A DNA stretch of 64,000 nucleotides from Pseudobdellovibrionaceae bacterium (GTDB lineage: Bacteria; Bdellovibrionota; Bdellovibrionia; Bdellovibrionales; Bdellovibrionaceae). The notes beneath the pieces were generated by a model. It worked only from the letters and a program-made list of their open reading frames with translations, did no database searches and was not told the DNA's origin. Where the stretch lies: positions 1 through 64,000 of the forward strand of contig JBDHWW010000007.1 of NCBI GenBank assembly GCA_039810425.1. Direction: 5' to 3'. A program made the translations under genes and the position numbers. This document shows positions 24,805 through 35,092 of the stretch, one piece after another. Each line of letters opens with the position of its first letter. Positions within the stretch are counted from its first letter, which is position 1.

Positions 24805-27267
24805 ATGGATAATAGTAATCAAGAAAAAGGCGTAACGGTCGTTGATATCAATAAGGAAATGCGCGATGCATATCTTCAATATTCGATGTCCGTTATCGTA
24901 GGCCGTGCTCTTCCAGACGTGCGTGACGGTTTGAAACCGGTTCATCGCCGCATTTTATTTGCCCAGCACGAACTGAGTAACACGCACGATAAACCTTATA
25001 AAAAATCTGCCCGCGTAGTCGGAGACGTGATGGGTAAATACCATCCGCATGGTGACGCTGCCATTTACGAAACAATGGTTCGTATGGCTCAGGACTTCTC
25101 TCTTCGCTACCCGTTGACGGATGGTCAGGGGAACTTCGGCTCTATCGATGGTGATAACGCCGCAGCCTCTCGATATACCGAAGTTCGTATGACGCGTTTG
25201 GCGGAAGAACTCCTCGCTGATATTGAAAAAGAAACAGTTCCGTTTGGTCCGAACTACGACGACTCTTTGGAAATTCCAACAGTTTTGCCAGCAAAGTATC
25301 CAAATCTTTTGGTGAATGGTTCTTCCGGCATTGCGGTTGGTATGGCGACGAATATTCCTCCGCACAATTTGGGCGAAGTGATCGACGGCGTGATCCACGT
25401 GATTAATAATCCTGAGTGCACGGTTGATGATTTGATGGGCTTTGTAAAAGGCCCGGACTTCCCGACCGCTGGTGTGATTGCTGGGCGCGAAGGTATCATG
25501 CAGGCCTACAAAAAAGGCCGTGGCGTTATCACTTTGAAAGCAGTTGCGGAAATCGTTCAAGCAAAAGATCGCGAAGAGATCATCATCAGCGAACTTCCTT
25601 ACCAAGTGAACAAAGCAAAGCTGATTGAAAGCGTTGCTGACCTTGTTCGTGATAAACAAATCGAAGGCATCTCAGACATCCGCGATGAGTCTTCGCGCGA
25701 AGGTATGCGCATCGTAATTATTTTGAAGCGTGGTGAAAACGCGACCGTGATTTTGAATCGCCTGTACAAGTACACACAAATGCAAGTGAGCTTCGGTATC
25801 ATCATGTTGGCTCTTGATAAGAGGAACCAGCCGGTCACTTTCAATTTGAAAAACATGTTGGAAGCATTCGTTGATCACCGCCGCGACGTTGTTACGAAGC
25901 GTTGTATTTTCGAACTAAAGAAGGCTCAAGAACGCGCCCACATTTTAGAAGGCTTGAAAAAAGCTCTCGATCATATCGATGAAGTGATTGCGACAATCAA
26001 AGCCTCTAAAGAAGCCAATGCGGCTCGCGAAGCTTTGATGGCGAAATTTGCATTCAGCGAACGGCAAGCCGTTGCGATCCTTGAAATGCGTTTGCAACGT
26101 TTGACCGGTTTAGAGAGAGATAAAATTCTTAATGAACTTGCGGAACTCATGAAACAAATCGATTGGTTGAAAATGGTTCTTGCGGACGTTCGTGAGATCT
26201 ACAAAATCATCGTGGGAGAGCTTGAAGATATTAGAAAGCGCTACGCAGACGAGCGTCGTACGCAAATCACGGGCGATTTGACCGATATTGAGGACGAAGA
26301 CTTGATTGCTGATGAATCCATGGTTGTGACGATCACGAACACGGGCTACATCAAGCGCATTCCGACTGAAGAATACCGCCTGCAAAAACGTGGCGGTAAA
26401 GGTCTTAAAGGCATCGAAACCAAAGAAGAAGATTACGTTACCAACATCTTTACGGCGAGCACGAAGACCATGCTCTTGGTGTTCACGGATAAAGGTAAGG
26501 TCTACTGGTGTAAAGTTCATAGACTCCCGCTTGGAAACCGCACCTCTAAGGGAAAAGCGATTGCGAATGTGGTTCAATTGGCTTCCGGAGAGAAGGTTCG
26601 TTCCATCCTCCCGATTGATCAATTCGAAGAGAACAAGTACATCGTTATGCTTACGGAAAAAGGGATTATCAAGAAGACCTCTTTGGATTCCTTCTCAAAC
26701 CCTCGAACGGCCGGCTTGATTGCCCTGACGACAGATTTGGACGATGCGATCATTGATTGCAAAATCTCTGATGGCACGAGTGATGTCTTCATAGCCACAA
26801 AAGATGGCATGTCGATTCGTTTCAATGAAAGTGATGTTCGTGGTATGGGCCGCACAGCCCGTGGTGTGAAAGGTATTACCTTGGCGAAAGACGATATCGT
26901 TATTGGTATGGAAGTTTTCGAAAAGGGCAGCAAAGATACCATCTTGATGGTGACCCAGGTCGGCTACGGCAAACGTTCTGAGCTTGAAGAGTACAGAATT
27001 CAAAGTCGTGGTGGCGTGGGCGTCATCACGCAGAAAACCACGGATAAAGTTGGTATGGTTGTCGGCACGCGCAAAGTAAAAGCGACTCAAGAAGTGATCC
27101 TGTCGACTGATAAAGGTCAAAACATCCGTATGAAGGTTTCTGATATTTCTGTTCTTGGCAGAAATACCCAAGGTGTTCGCCTCATCAATCTTGGCGAAAA
27201 AGAGGAAATGGTAACAAGCCTTGCTGTCGTCGATGACGAAGAGGCAGCGGGCGAGGAAGTTCACTAA
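24805..27267 (+). CDS. gyrA: DNA gyrase A
   Basis: [13 protein letters not shown], GyrA-box QKRGGKG. Confidence 0.99.
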   Translation: MDNSNQEKGVTVVDINKEMRDAYLQYSMSVIVGRALPDVRDGLKPVHRRILFAQHELSNTHDKPYKKSARVVGDVMGKYHPHGDAAIYETMVRMAQDFSLRYPLTDGQGNFGSIDGDNAAASRYTEVRMTRLAEELLADIEKETVPFGPNYDDSLEIPTVLPAKYPNLLVNGSSGIAVGMATNIPPHNLGEVIDGVIHVINNPECTVDDLMGFVKGPDFPTAGVIAGREGIMQAYKKGRGVITLKAVAEIVQAKDREEIIISELPYQVNKAKLIESVADLVRDKQIEGISDIRDESSREGMRIVIILKRGENATVILNRLYKYTQMQVSFGIIMLALDKRNQPVTFNLKNMLEAFVDHRRDVVTKRCIFELKKAQERAHILEGLKKALDHIDEVIATIKASKEANAAREALMAKFAFSERQAVAILEMRLQRLTGLERDKILNELAELMKQIDWLKMVLADVREIYKIIVGELEDIRKRYADERRTQITGDLTDIEDEDLIADESMVVTITNTGYIKRIPTEEYRLQKRGGKGLKGIETKEEDYVTNIFTASTKTMLLVFTDKGKVYWCKVHRLPLGNRTSKGKAIANVVQLASGEKVRSILPIDQFEENKYIVMLTEKGIIKKTSLDSFSNPRTAGLIALTTDLDDAIIDCKISDGTSDVFIATKDGMSIRFNESDVRGMGRTARGVKGITLAKDDIVIGMEVFEKGSKDTILMVTQVGYGKRSELEEYRIQSRGGVGVITQKTTDKVGMVVGTRKVKATQEVILSTDKGQNIRMKVSDISVLGRNTQGVRLINLGEKEEMVTSLAVVDDEEAAGEEVH

Positions 27268-27268
27268 G

Positions 27269-28069
27269 ATGTTCAAGCGGGTGCTGATCGTTGGCCTTAC
27301 TCTCGGTCTCAGCGCCTGCTCGCCTCCGGAAGCGAAAGATTACAAGCAGGCCCAGGAGAATGTTACCCAAGGCCACCACCAGGCGGCCCTATCAAGTCTT
27401 GATCGCGTGCTAAAACGGGCCCCCGACAGTGAGTATGCCGTGAAGGCCGCCCGTGACGGTGCTCGAATCGCTTCTCTAGAACTCAAAGATTATAAAAAAG
27501 CCGTCGATTACTATCAATTTTTGGTTTTGCATTCGCCGGACCCTGAAGAGCGTTTGAGTTCCCAGAAGCAGCTTGCCTCCATCTACTTTGATCAACTTCA
27601 AAACTATGACAAAGCTATTCTTGAGCTGAACAAACTGGTGCGCAGCACGGCGTCTGACATCGAAGTCGCTCGATACAAGCTAGATATTGCACGTGCGAAC
27701 TATTACCAGAACAACTTCTTTCAAGCCCATAGTGAGCTGGATGACTTGCTGAAGTTGAACATCGATGATGAAGAAAGATTCTCTGCATGGGTTTTAAAAA
27801 GTAATATCCACATTGCTCTTAAAGAATACGCAAAGGCGATTGAGATTCTTAAAAAGATCACGGCGACTTTTCCGCAAAAATCCCTGCAGGAAAACGTGTA
27901 TCAGACACTCGCCGTCTGTTATGAAGAAAGTGATAACTTTGCAGAGGCCATAAAAACTTTGGAGTCCGTAAAAGATAAGTATCCGCAGCCAGAGTATATA
28001 GAGATTCGGATAAAACGCTTAAAAGATAGGCAGAAAAACCGCCCAGGGGCACGGGGGCTTCGAAAGTAA
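27269..28069 (+). CDS. TPR-repeat lipoprotein
   Basis: LSAC lipobox and TPR-like helical repeats. Confidence 0.8.
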   Translation: MFKRVLIVGLTLGLSACSPPEAKDYKQAQENVTQGHHQAALSSLDRVLKRAPDSEYAVKAARDGARIASLELKDYKKAVDYYQFLVLHSPDPEERLSSQKQLASIYFDQLQNYDKAILELNKLVRSTASDIEVARYKLDIARANYYQNNFFQAHSELDDLLKLNIDDEERFSAWVLKSNIHIALKEYAKAIEILKKITATFPQKSLQENVYQTLAVCYEESDNFAEAIKTLESVKDKYPQPEYIEIRIKRLKDRQKNRPGARGLRK

Positions 28070-28281
28070 TGAAAAAGTACCTGATTTTTACGTCGATCGG
28101 TTTTGAGCTCGTTGGGATTATGGTTGCTTCGATTTATTTAGGTCAGACAATTGATAAAACCTATCAAACAAAGGGTTTAGCATTAATTGCATTGATGTTC
28201 ATTGGACTCGCCAGTTGGCTGACCCATGTGATACTTCTTCTTCGCCGCTTTCAAAAAGACGAACCCGAAGATAAAGAATAA
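28069..28281 (+). CDS. AtpZ/AtpI-family protein
   Basis: Two TM helices with G.EL...G..ID; upstream of atpB. Confidence 0.8.
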   Translation: MKKYLIFTSIGFELVGIMVASIYLGQTIDKTYQTKGLALIALMFIGLASWLTHVILLLRRFQKDEPEDKE

Positions 28282-28283
28282 CA

Positions 28284-28646
28284 ATGAGAATAGTTCTTTT
28301 ATTTCAGCTACTTATAATTTCAATAGGCTACGGCGTATTGCGTGCTGGCGGGCCGCAGTATTCAGATCTGTCTTTTGGTGTCGGCGGCTTGATTGTTACG
28401 GGGAACTTTATTTTTCTCGGATCGGGTTGGAAATTGGTTTTTCGTAAAAAACTGATTGCCCTGTCCGTTCTTATCATTGTATTTAAGTACGCGATTTTAG
28501 GAGTCATTATTTATCATTTCGTGAAGCAGAGCTGGCTGCAACCTTTTTGGTTCGCAACCGGAGTTGCTACCATGATGGGCGCCTCCTTAATCTATGCGTT
28601 AACACAGAGGTTTTTTGAAAAAGAACCCGAAGAAACAAAAGAGTAA
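28284..28646 (+). CDS. atpI: ATP synthase protein I-like
   Basis: Four TM helices; immediately upstream of atpB. Confidence 0.7.
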   Translation: MRIVLLFQLLIISIGYGVLRAGGPQYSDLSFGVGGLIVTGNFIFLGSGWKLVFRKKLIALSVLIIVFKYAILGVIIYHFVKQSWLQPFWFATGVATMMGASLIYALTQRFFEKEPEETKE

Positions 28647-28649
28647 AGC

Positions 28650-29345
28650 ATGGCTTTTAACTGGACACAGCTAATTCCTCAAGTCGGTCACGATCACGAT
28701 AAAGTCGCAGTTGCGACTTTTGCTATCACAAGCATTGCTCTGGTTTTTGTGGGTCTTCTGGGGCGTGCATCTCTTGGTAAAGGGGATGTTGCGGTTGTTC
28801 CTGTGGGCAGGTTCTCTCTTCGCGGAGTCTTGGAACTCATTACTGAGTTCATTGCAAATCTGGTCGACACTGTTATTGGCCACCATGGCCGTCATTTCAC
28901 ACCAATGTTTACGGCGGTTTTTTTCTTCGTATTCGTGAACAACATGGTGGGTGTTATTCCTGGCATGACTCCCGCTACTGAAAACATCAATACTACCTTC
29001 GGTATGGGTCTTTTCATGTTTCTTGCTTACAACACACTTGGCATCAAAGAGAACGGGATCGTGGCCTATCTTAAGCATTTCATGGGCCCGGTGGTTTTTT
29101 TGGCGCCTTTGATGTTTGTGATCGAACTCGTATCTCACTTTGTGCGTCCCTTTAGCTTGGGACTTCGCTTGGCGAATGTCATGATGGGTGATCACACAGT
29201 TGTATCTGTGTTCTTGGATTTGATTCCAATCGGCGTACCACTTCCATTCTATATCATGGGTTTGTTCGTCGCTTTCGTTCAGGCATTTGTTTTTACGTTA
29301 TTGTCTATGGTGTACGTCGCGTTCGCAACAGCACACGATCACTAA
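28650..29345 (+). CDS. atpB: ATP synthase Fo subunit a
   Basis: RPFSLGLRLAN, QAFVFTLL. Confidence 0.98.
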   Translation: MAFNWTQLIPQVGHDHDKVAVATFAITSIALVFVGLLGRASLGKGDVAVVPVGRFSLRGVLELITEFIANLVDTVIGHHGRHFTPMFTAVFFFVFVNNMVGVIPGMTPATENINTTFGMGLFMFLAYNTLGIKENGIVAYLKHFMGPVVFLAPLMFVIELVSHFVRPFSLGLRLANVMMGDHTVVSVFLDLIPIGVPLPFYIMGLFVAFVQAFVFTLLSMVYVAFATAHDH

Positions 29346-29390
29346 TAGTCAGATAAATTTATTAAAATAGAAGTTAAAAGGAGAACACTA

Positions 29391-29702
29391 ATGAAAAACT
29401 TCAGCAAAAAAATGATCGTAGCTTTGGCTTCAACAATGGTAGCTGCACCAGCATTCGCGCAAGAAGCGGCGGCGGCTCCAGCAGAAAAACAAGGCTTGGT
29501 TGCAATCGCAGCGGCTTTGGCAATTGGTTTGGCAGCATTCGGTGGTGCGATGGCCCAGGGCAAAGCAGCTTCTTCTGCTTTGGAAGGTATCTCTCGCAAT
29601 CCAGCAGCGTCTGGCAAAATCTTGACTCCAATGATCATCGGCTTGGCTCTTATCGAGTCTCTCGTGATCTACGCTCTTTTGATCGCTTTGCGCCTTTCTT
29701 AA
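29391..29702 (+). CDS. atpE: ATP synthase Fo subunit c
   Basis: RNP loop and LIESLVIY. Confidence 0.97.
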   Translation: MKNFSKKMIVALASTMVAAPAFAQEAAAAPAEKQGLVAIAAALAIGLAAFGGAMAQGKAASSALEGISRNPAASGKILTPMIIGLALIESLVIYALLIALRLS

Positions 29703-29728
29703 TTTTAAGACCGGAACATTCAATCGAA

Positions 29729-29820
29729 TAACAAAAAAGGCTGCCTTTAGCCCTTACTATTACCCACATCTTTTACCGGATGTGGGTAATAGTAAGGGCT
29801 AAAGGCAGCCTTTTTTGTTA
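29729..29820. repeat. Perfect inverted repeat with 42-bp arms; probable bidirectional terminator
   Basis: Arms 29729-29770 and 29779-29820 with an 8-nt loop and A6/T6 tracts, between convergent genes. Confidence 0.9.
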
Positions 29821-29891
29821 AAAATCGTGGAATTCCCGAGGACGTTCGCTTTGAATCAATAGTCAATTCCGAAAAGCGACCTGGTACCTTT

Positions 29892-31256
29892 TTAGAGGTA
29901 TTTGTTAACGATGGATTCGACTTTGTTGCGGATTCTGTCGAGACCCGATTGGGTTGTTGCTTCGTAACGTACAACTAAAACGGGCTGAGTGTTAGAAGCG
30001 CGGCAAAGCGCCCAGCCGTCTGCAAAGCTTAGGCGGATTCCATCGATCAAGTTTGCTTTGAAGTCTGGTCCGCCCTTGCCGAAAGCCTCAATCATCTTTT
30101 CAACGATCAATACTTTCTTCTCTTCGGTCGTGTCGATGCGAATTTCTGGGGTGTTGAATGCCGGCGGTAACCCCTCCAAAAGCTGCGGGATGTTTTTGCC
30201 GGTCTTGTGCAAGATTTCTACGAGCCTCAGGGCCGCGTAAGGAGCATCGTCGTAACCGAAGTTTCTATCCGCGAAAAACACGTGCCCGCTCATTTCACCG
30301 CCGAAAGGCGCGTGCTCAACTTTGATTTTTTCTTTTACAAGGCTGTGGCCCGTTTTCCACATGATAGGAGCGCCGCCGTGCTTAGCGATATCATCATAAA
30401 GACGATCAGAGCACTTCACGTCGCCAACAATTTTAGCACCTTTTTGAGTGGCGAGAATCGACCGAGAGATAACAACCATCAACTCATCACCGTAAATCAT
30501 ACGACCGGTGTGATCGACAACGCCAATACGATCCGCATCTCCGTCAAAGCCGATGCCACAAACGGCCCCCTCTTTGAGAACTTGCGCGCGAAGATCTTTT
30601 AGGTTCTTTTCCACCGTTGGATCTGGATGGTGATTTGGGAAGCGGCCATCTGGTTCTTCAAATAAGATCGTTGGATTCAGGCCAACGGCATTGAAAAGGC
30701 CGCGAGCTACAACGCCGCCAGCACCATTGCCGCAATCCAAAACAACCTTGACGTTGCCGAGGTTGCCGAATTCTTTTTTGTATTTCTCAAAGTACGCAGG
30801 GAAAATATTGTGGTTGGAAACAGTTCCTTTACCAGTCAGGAATTGGCCCTTTTCCATAATTTTGCGAAGCTTTTGAATCTCCTCACCGAAAATTGTAGCC
30901 TTACCAACAGAGATTTTAAAGCCATTGTAATCCGGAGGATTGTGACTGCCAGTCACCTGAATCGCACCGTCAACAGGCAAAGTAAAGGTCGCGAAATAAC
31001 ATACCGGGCTTGTGACAAGACCCAAGTGAATAACACTGCCGCCGGATTCAGTGATCCCTTTAGTAAGAGCATTGACGATGTTAGGAGAAGACAAGCGTGC
31101 GTCGTTACCAAGAGCGACTGTCGGATTTGAAACGCCCTTGTTTTCTTTCATGTAAACGACATAAGAGCGACCGAGTAACTCAGCAAAAGAGTCGTCGAAA
31201 TCGCCGTTGTAAACACCGCGGATATCGTATTCTCTAAAGATGACTGGTTTAAACAT
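29892..31256 (-). CDS. Phosphomannomutase/phosphoglucomutase
   Basis: FREYDIRG, TGSHNP, DGDADR, GEMSGH, RASNTQP. Confidence 0.97.
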   Translation of the reverse strand: MFKPVIFREYDIRGVYNGDFDDSFAELLGRSYVVYMKENKGVSNPTVALGNDARLSSPNIVNALTKGITESGGSVIHLGLVTSPVCYFATFTLPVDGAIQVTGSHNPPDYNGFKISVGKATIFGEEIQKLRKIMEKGQFLTGKGTVSNHNIFPAYFEKYKKEFGNLGNVKVVLDCGNGAGGVVARGLFNAVGLNPTILFEEPDGRFPNHHPDPTVEKNLKDLRAQVLKEGAVCGIGFDGDADRIGVVDHTGRMIYGDELMVVISRSILATQKGAKIVGDVKCSDRLYDDIAKHGGAPIMWKTGHSLVKEKIKVEHAPFGGEMSGHVFFADRNFGYDDAPYAALRLVEILHKTGKNIPQLLEGLPPAFNTPEIRIDTTEEKKVLIVEKMIEAFGKGGPDFKANLIDGIRLSFADGWALCRASNTQPVLVVRYEATTQSGLDRIRNKVESIVNKYL

Positions 31257-31288
31257 TTGAAACCTCTTTTGTGAATTAAAACACCAAG

Positions 31289-32269
31289 TTATAGATTTTT
31301 TGCCAAGCGGAGACAAGCTTGGACTGCGTCAATCATCGAGTTCGCAAGAGCCTTGTTCTTGCCGAAGAGATCCTTCGCCGTGCCGTGATCGACACTGGTA
31401 CGAACAAAGGGAATTCCGAGGGAAATATGCACGCCGCTCTTTTGGCCGTGAATAGTTTTAAAAGGAATGAGCCCTTGATCGTGGTACATCGCCAGGTAAA
31501 CGGAAAATTTTTTCCAATTTTCTTCTAAAAAAGCGACGTCAGGGACCAAAGGTCCTATGAGAGGAATCTTTGCCTTTTGGGCTTCCGAAATAGCGATCAT
31601 GATATCGGTCTGTTCTTCGAGACCAATCAACCCCTCTTCGCCGGCATGAGGATTTAAGCCCAAGACTGCGATAGGTTTCTTTTGTAGCGGCTTTGGCAGC
31701 TTCAGGCGAAGACTATTTGCCGCCTCAATTCCGGAGAGAAGCTCTCGGACCGTTAGGTGATGTGGCACCTGGGACAAGGGAATGTGGGCTGTATTAAGAA
31801 CAACGTTGAACTTATCTCCAATAAAACCCATGTGCACCTTGTGGGCCCCTGAGACGCGTTTGAGGATATCAGTGTGGCCCATATCTTTAAGTCCGGCGCG
31901 ATGAATTTCGGTTTTAGAAAGAGGGCCCGTCACCATGCCGTTGATTTGTTTTTGCTGGCACCAGATCGTCGTTTGTTGAACCCATAAAGCCGGAGAATCA
32001 GAAGAGACAATCTCTACAAGGTGATTCGACGTCATGTCTGCAGATTGTAAGTAACCCAGCGCTTTCATTGGCGAGGTAAAGCTGACGAGCCTAAATTTCT
32101 TAGAGAGGCTTTTCAGGCTCCTTGGAAAGGCGTTCTCGCCCCGCCAAAGGAGAAAGTGTACACCACGTTGAGGGCCGAGCTTGAGCAACGCTTTTTCGGT
32201 GATCTCGAGACCGATGCCGTCAATATCCCCAGTGGTGATCGCAATCTTTAAAGCGGACCCGGCTTTCAT
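31289..32269 (-). CDS. pdxA: 4-hydroxythreonine-4-phosphate dehydrogenase
   Basis: GHT, NPHAGE, YHDQGL, RTSVDHGTA. Confidence 0.95.
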   Translation of the reverse strand: MKAGSALKIAITTGDIDGIGLEITEKALLKLGPQRGVHFLLWRGENAFPRSLKSLSKKFRLVSFTSPMKALGYLQSADMTSNHLVEIVSSDSPALWVQQTTIWCQQKQINGMVTGPLSKTEIHRAGLKDMGHTDILKRVSGAHKVHMGFIGDKFNVVLNTAHIPLSQVPHHLTVRELLSGIEAANSLRLKLPKPLQKKPIAVLGLNPHAGEEGLIGLEEQTDIMIAISEAQKAKIPLIGPLVPDVAFLEENWKKFSVYLAMYHDQGLIPFKTIHGQKSGVHISLGIPFVRTSVDHGTAKDLFGKNKALANSMIDAVQACLRLAKNL

Positions 32270-32271
32270 GG

Positions 32272-33225
32272 CTACTTTTCGTTGATACGAATGAAAGACT
32301 CTTCGCGCTTTGACTGAAGCCAGTTTTTCATTTGGCGCTTAAAGTTCTGTTCAAAAAGAGCAGACTTAATACGCTCTTTTTCGCGTTCAAACTTAGGGTC
32401 TGTCGTCAGCTTCTTACCAAGAAGCTTCGCGATGTGGTAACCCATGCGGGACTTCACGATACCGGTTGTTTGGCCAGGGTTGAGATTCTGAATAGAGGCC
32501 TCAACCTCCTTCAAGAACTCGCCGGATTTAAAAGTTCCCAGCAAGCCACCCGTTGTGAAGTTAGGATCTTCGCTATTTTGCTCGGCGAGAGTCTCAAAGC
32601 TTTCGCCTTGGCGAAGCTTTTCAAGCACATTCTGGGCGCGTTTGTAAGCCTCATCGGCACCCCCCTTTTTCGGGTTAAAAAAGATATGAGCAATGGTGAA
32701 CTCATTAACGCTCGACTTGTTTTCCGGGTTTTTCTTAAGGTATTCCGCCAACGCATCATCATCAGAAATACGAAGCTTAGAGATGATTTCAGATTCGATT
32801 AAAGACTGCTTTTCTATTTTTTCCTTCAAAAACGCCTGATACTCTGATTGGGAAATACCTTGAGCTTTAAAGGCCGCGAGGATTTCTGGAACAGAGGCGT
32901 TATTCTTTTTCGCCATATCTTTGATCTCTTGATCAACACGCTCCATGGTCACGTTGTGATTCAAACGGTTGATTTCGGATTGCATGATCTTTTCGTTGAT
33001 CAGGTATTCAAGCTGAACCTTGCGGTCTTTCTTTAGATCTTCAACCGACTTACCCATCAAGAGGCTGTCGTCGATTAAAGCGGGAGTTTTCAATTTATGC
33101 TGAAGATCCTTGAAATCAGACTCAAGAACGATTTCGTTGTTTACTATGGCAACGATGCGCTCAACCACCTCGGCTTTTGCACCAAAGGGAATCAGCAATA
33201 AGAAAGAGAGAAGTAATTTATTCAT
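32272..33225 (-). CDS. surA: SurA-like chaperone/PPIase
   Basis: Signal peptide, IVAIVNNEIV and a parvulin domain; upstream of pdxA. Confidence 0.85.
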   Translation of the reverse strand: MNKLLLSFLLLIPFGAKAEVVERIVAIVNNEIVLESDFKDLQHKLKTPALIDDSLLMGKSVEDLKKDRKVQLEYLINEKIMQSEINRLNHNVTMERVDQEIKDMAKKNNASVPEILAAFKAQGISQSEYQAFLKEKIEKQSLIESEIISKLRISDDDALAEYLKKNPENKSSVNEFTIAHIFFNPKKGGADEAYKRAQNVLEKLRQGESFETLAEQNSEDPNFTTGGLLGTFKSGEFLKEVEASIQNLNPGQTTGIVKSRMGYHIAKLLGKKLTTDPKFEREKERIKSALFEQNFKRQMKNWLQSKREESFIRINEK

Positions 33226-34192
33226 TTTCAGTCCTCGTTTCGACAACGATCGAATTGATCAGATCATTGTCTCTGAGAACCTTACTACTTCTGAGTTGGG
33301 CATCCAACCATTTTACGAACTCAGCCTGCTCACGCTGCGCAGTTAAAGTGCGGGCTATTTGATTACGCACCTCTTCCATCGGCGTAGTGCCGGCGGGAGC
33401 CTTTTTTTCTATTTTTACGACGTGATAGCCAAACGGGCTCTTGAGCTGCGTCACGCTGCCGACGGGGGATTTAAACAAAGGATCAAAGAAATCCACAGTG
33501 CCAATCTCGATCCAGCCCACAAGGCCTCCGGCCTTGGCTTCGGGGGCTGTAGAGTACTTCTTAGCAAGTTCGGAGAAGTCTTTGGTCTTAACCTGGGACC
33601 TGAGAAGGTCCGCCTTCCCCTGCTCATCTGTCACGATTTGGCGAAGGTAAACCCGCTCTTTCTTCTTAAACTGCTCTTTATGTTCATCGTAGTAGCGTTT
33701 GACCTCACTGTCCGTTGGCGGCGTTACGCGCTCATTGAGCTTTTTAAACACGGCACGCTCAATCAGCGTGTAGCGAAGTTCCTCACGCCACTCAGAAAAA
33801 GAAAGGTTCTCCTGCGCAAGCAGCCGGCGGAAAGACAAATCATCTGGGTAGTTCGCGCGGTACTTATCCACCTCTTTATCCAGATCGCCCTCGGTGACAG
33901 AGAGGCTGTTGGCGCGGGCCCAATCCAGAGTCAGAGATTTAACAATGAAGGACCGTAAGAGCTCTTCTTTGGTCCTATGGACAGTGGCGGGGTCTTTTGC
34001 AGTTAGAGCATCGAGGTCTTTGAGCTTTCTTGCGAGCTGATTTGAGAACTCTTTGGCCGTCAATACATGATCATTTACCTTCACCACAGGTTTGGATGAA
34101 AGCTTTTGATAATTCGATGTGCAGGCACCACCAGCAAACATCAGACCCAAAATAAAAAGCCCCGTTTGTGCGGGGCTCTTAAGAAACTTCAT
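33218..34192 (-). CDS. Parvulin-type PPIase (lipoprotein-like)
   Basis: FSELAKKYS, GGLVG, SPFGYHVV. Confidence 0.88.
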   Translation of the reverse strand: MKFLKSPAQTGLFILGLMFAGGACTSNYQKLSSKPVVKVNDHVLTAKEFSNQLARKLKDLDALTAKDPATVHRTKEELLRSFIVKSLTLDWARANSLSVTEGDLDKEVDKYRANYPDDLSFRRLLAQENLSFSEWREELRYTLIERAVFKKLNERVTPPTDSEVKRYYDEHKEQFKKKERVYLRQIVTDEQGKADLLRSQVKTKDFSELAKKYSTAPEAKAGGLVGWIEIGTVDFFDPLFKSPVGSVTQLKSPFGYHVVKIEKKAPAGTTPMEEVRNQIARTLTAQREQAEFVKWLDAQLRSSKVLRDNDLINSIVVETRTENE

Positions 34193-34205
34193 GTGCAAGA
34201 TTCCC

Positions 34206-35033
34206 TTATTTCAAAACGCCTGGATTCGTCTTGATTGAATAGCCCTTTTTCAGCTTATCAAAGTATTCATTGAAAGCTTGTTTTCTTTTCTCGTCGAAAA
34301 CCGCAGCTCGAATTTGACGTTTATTAGCGTCTTCAAAAGTTCTTCGACCAGTGATTTTAATGATATGGAATCCGAACGGAGTTTCAACCAAACCTTTAAT
34401 TTCTCCCACTTTTCCTTTAAGCGCCGCCTCATAGTACGACGGAACCAAAGTTATACGAGACTGCCAACCCACATCGCCACCCGCCTGTTTGCTGAGTGGA
34501 TCATCGGAGTACAGCTTTACGAGCTCTTCAAATGGACGCTTAGACTTTCTAACCTCGTCATAGATCTCAGTCGCGCGCTTTTTCGCTTCAGCGATCTGCT
34601 CTGGGGTTGCGTCCGGCTTGAACTCAATAAGGATGTGGCTTGTGCGGACTTCTGGATTGTTTTTATACCAAGCCTTCATTTCCGCATCAGAAACCTGGAT
34701 CTTTTGGACCTTTGGTCCCAAATCTTTTTCGAGCAATGCTTTGTAAGTCTCTTGCTGGATACGATCAATAACGATCGGATCGTTCTGCATATTGCGCTTT
34801 GCGGCCTCCTGCAAGCCGACTTCATAGCGAACCATATCTTCAAGGAATTGATTTTTTGTTGGAGGGTTCAAAGTCTGAGATTTGATCTCATTGAATTTCT
34901 TATTGAATTCGTCGACAGTGATTTTCTTATTGCCGACTGTCGCGACAACTTCAGAACCTTTCGATTGAGCAAATGACATCGAAGCCGAAAGAAGAATAAC
35001 GCTCAAGGCGTACGTAAATGCAGTCAGTTTCAT
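34206..35033 (-). CDS. Parvulin-type PPIase, exported
   Basis: SHILI, GGDVG, TPFGFHII and a signal peptide. Confidence 0.92.
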   Translation of the reverse strand: MKLTAFTYALSVILLSASMSFAQSKGSEVVATVGNKKITVDEFNKKFNEIKSQTLNPPTKNQFLEDMVRYEVGLQEAAKRNMQNDPIVIDRIQQETYKALLEKDLGPKVQKIQVSDAEMKAWYKNNPEVRTSHILIEFKPDATPEQIAEAKKRATEIYDEVRKSKRPFEELVKLYSDDPLSKQAGGDVGWQSRITLVPSYYEAALKGKVGEIKGLVETPFGFHIIKITGRRTFEDANKRQIRAAVFDEKRKQAFNEYFDKLKKGYSIKTNPGVLK

Positions 35034-35092
35034 ACCTTAAAAGTCCCTTTAAAAAGTTGACGACATACCACATTAAAACGCTAGCACCGGGT

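Noticed and set aside
29729..29820. Palindrome as a CRISPR repeat or IS end
   Set aside because: There is a single copy with no spacers, cas genes or transposase.
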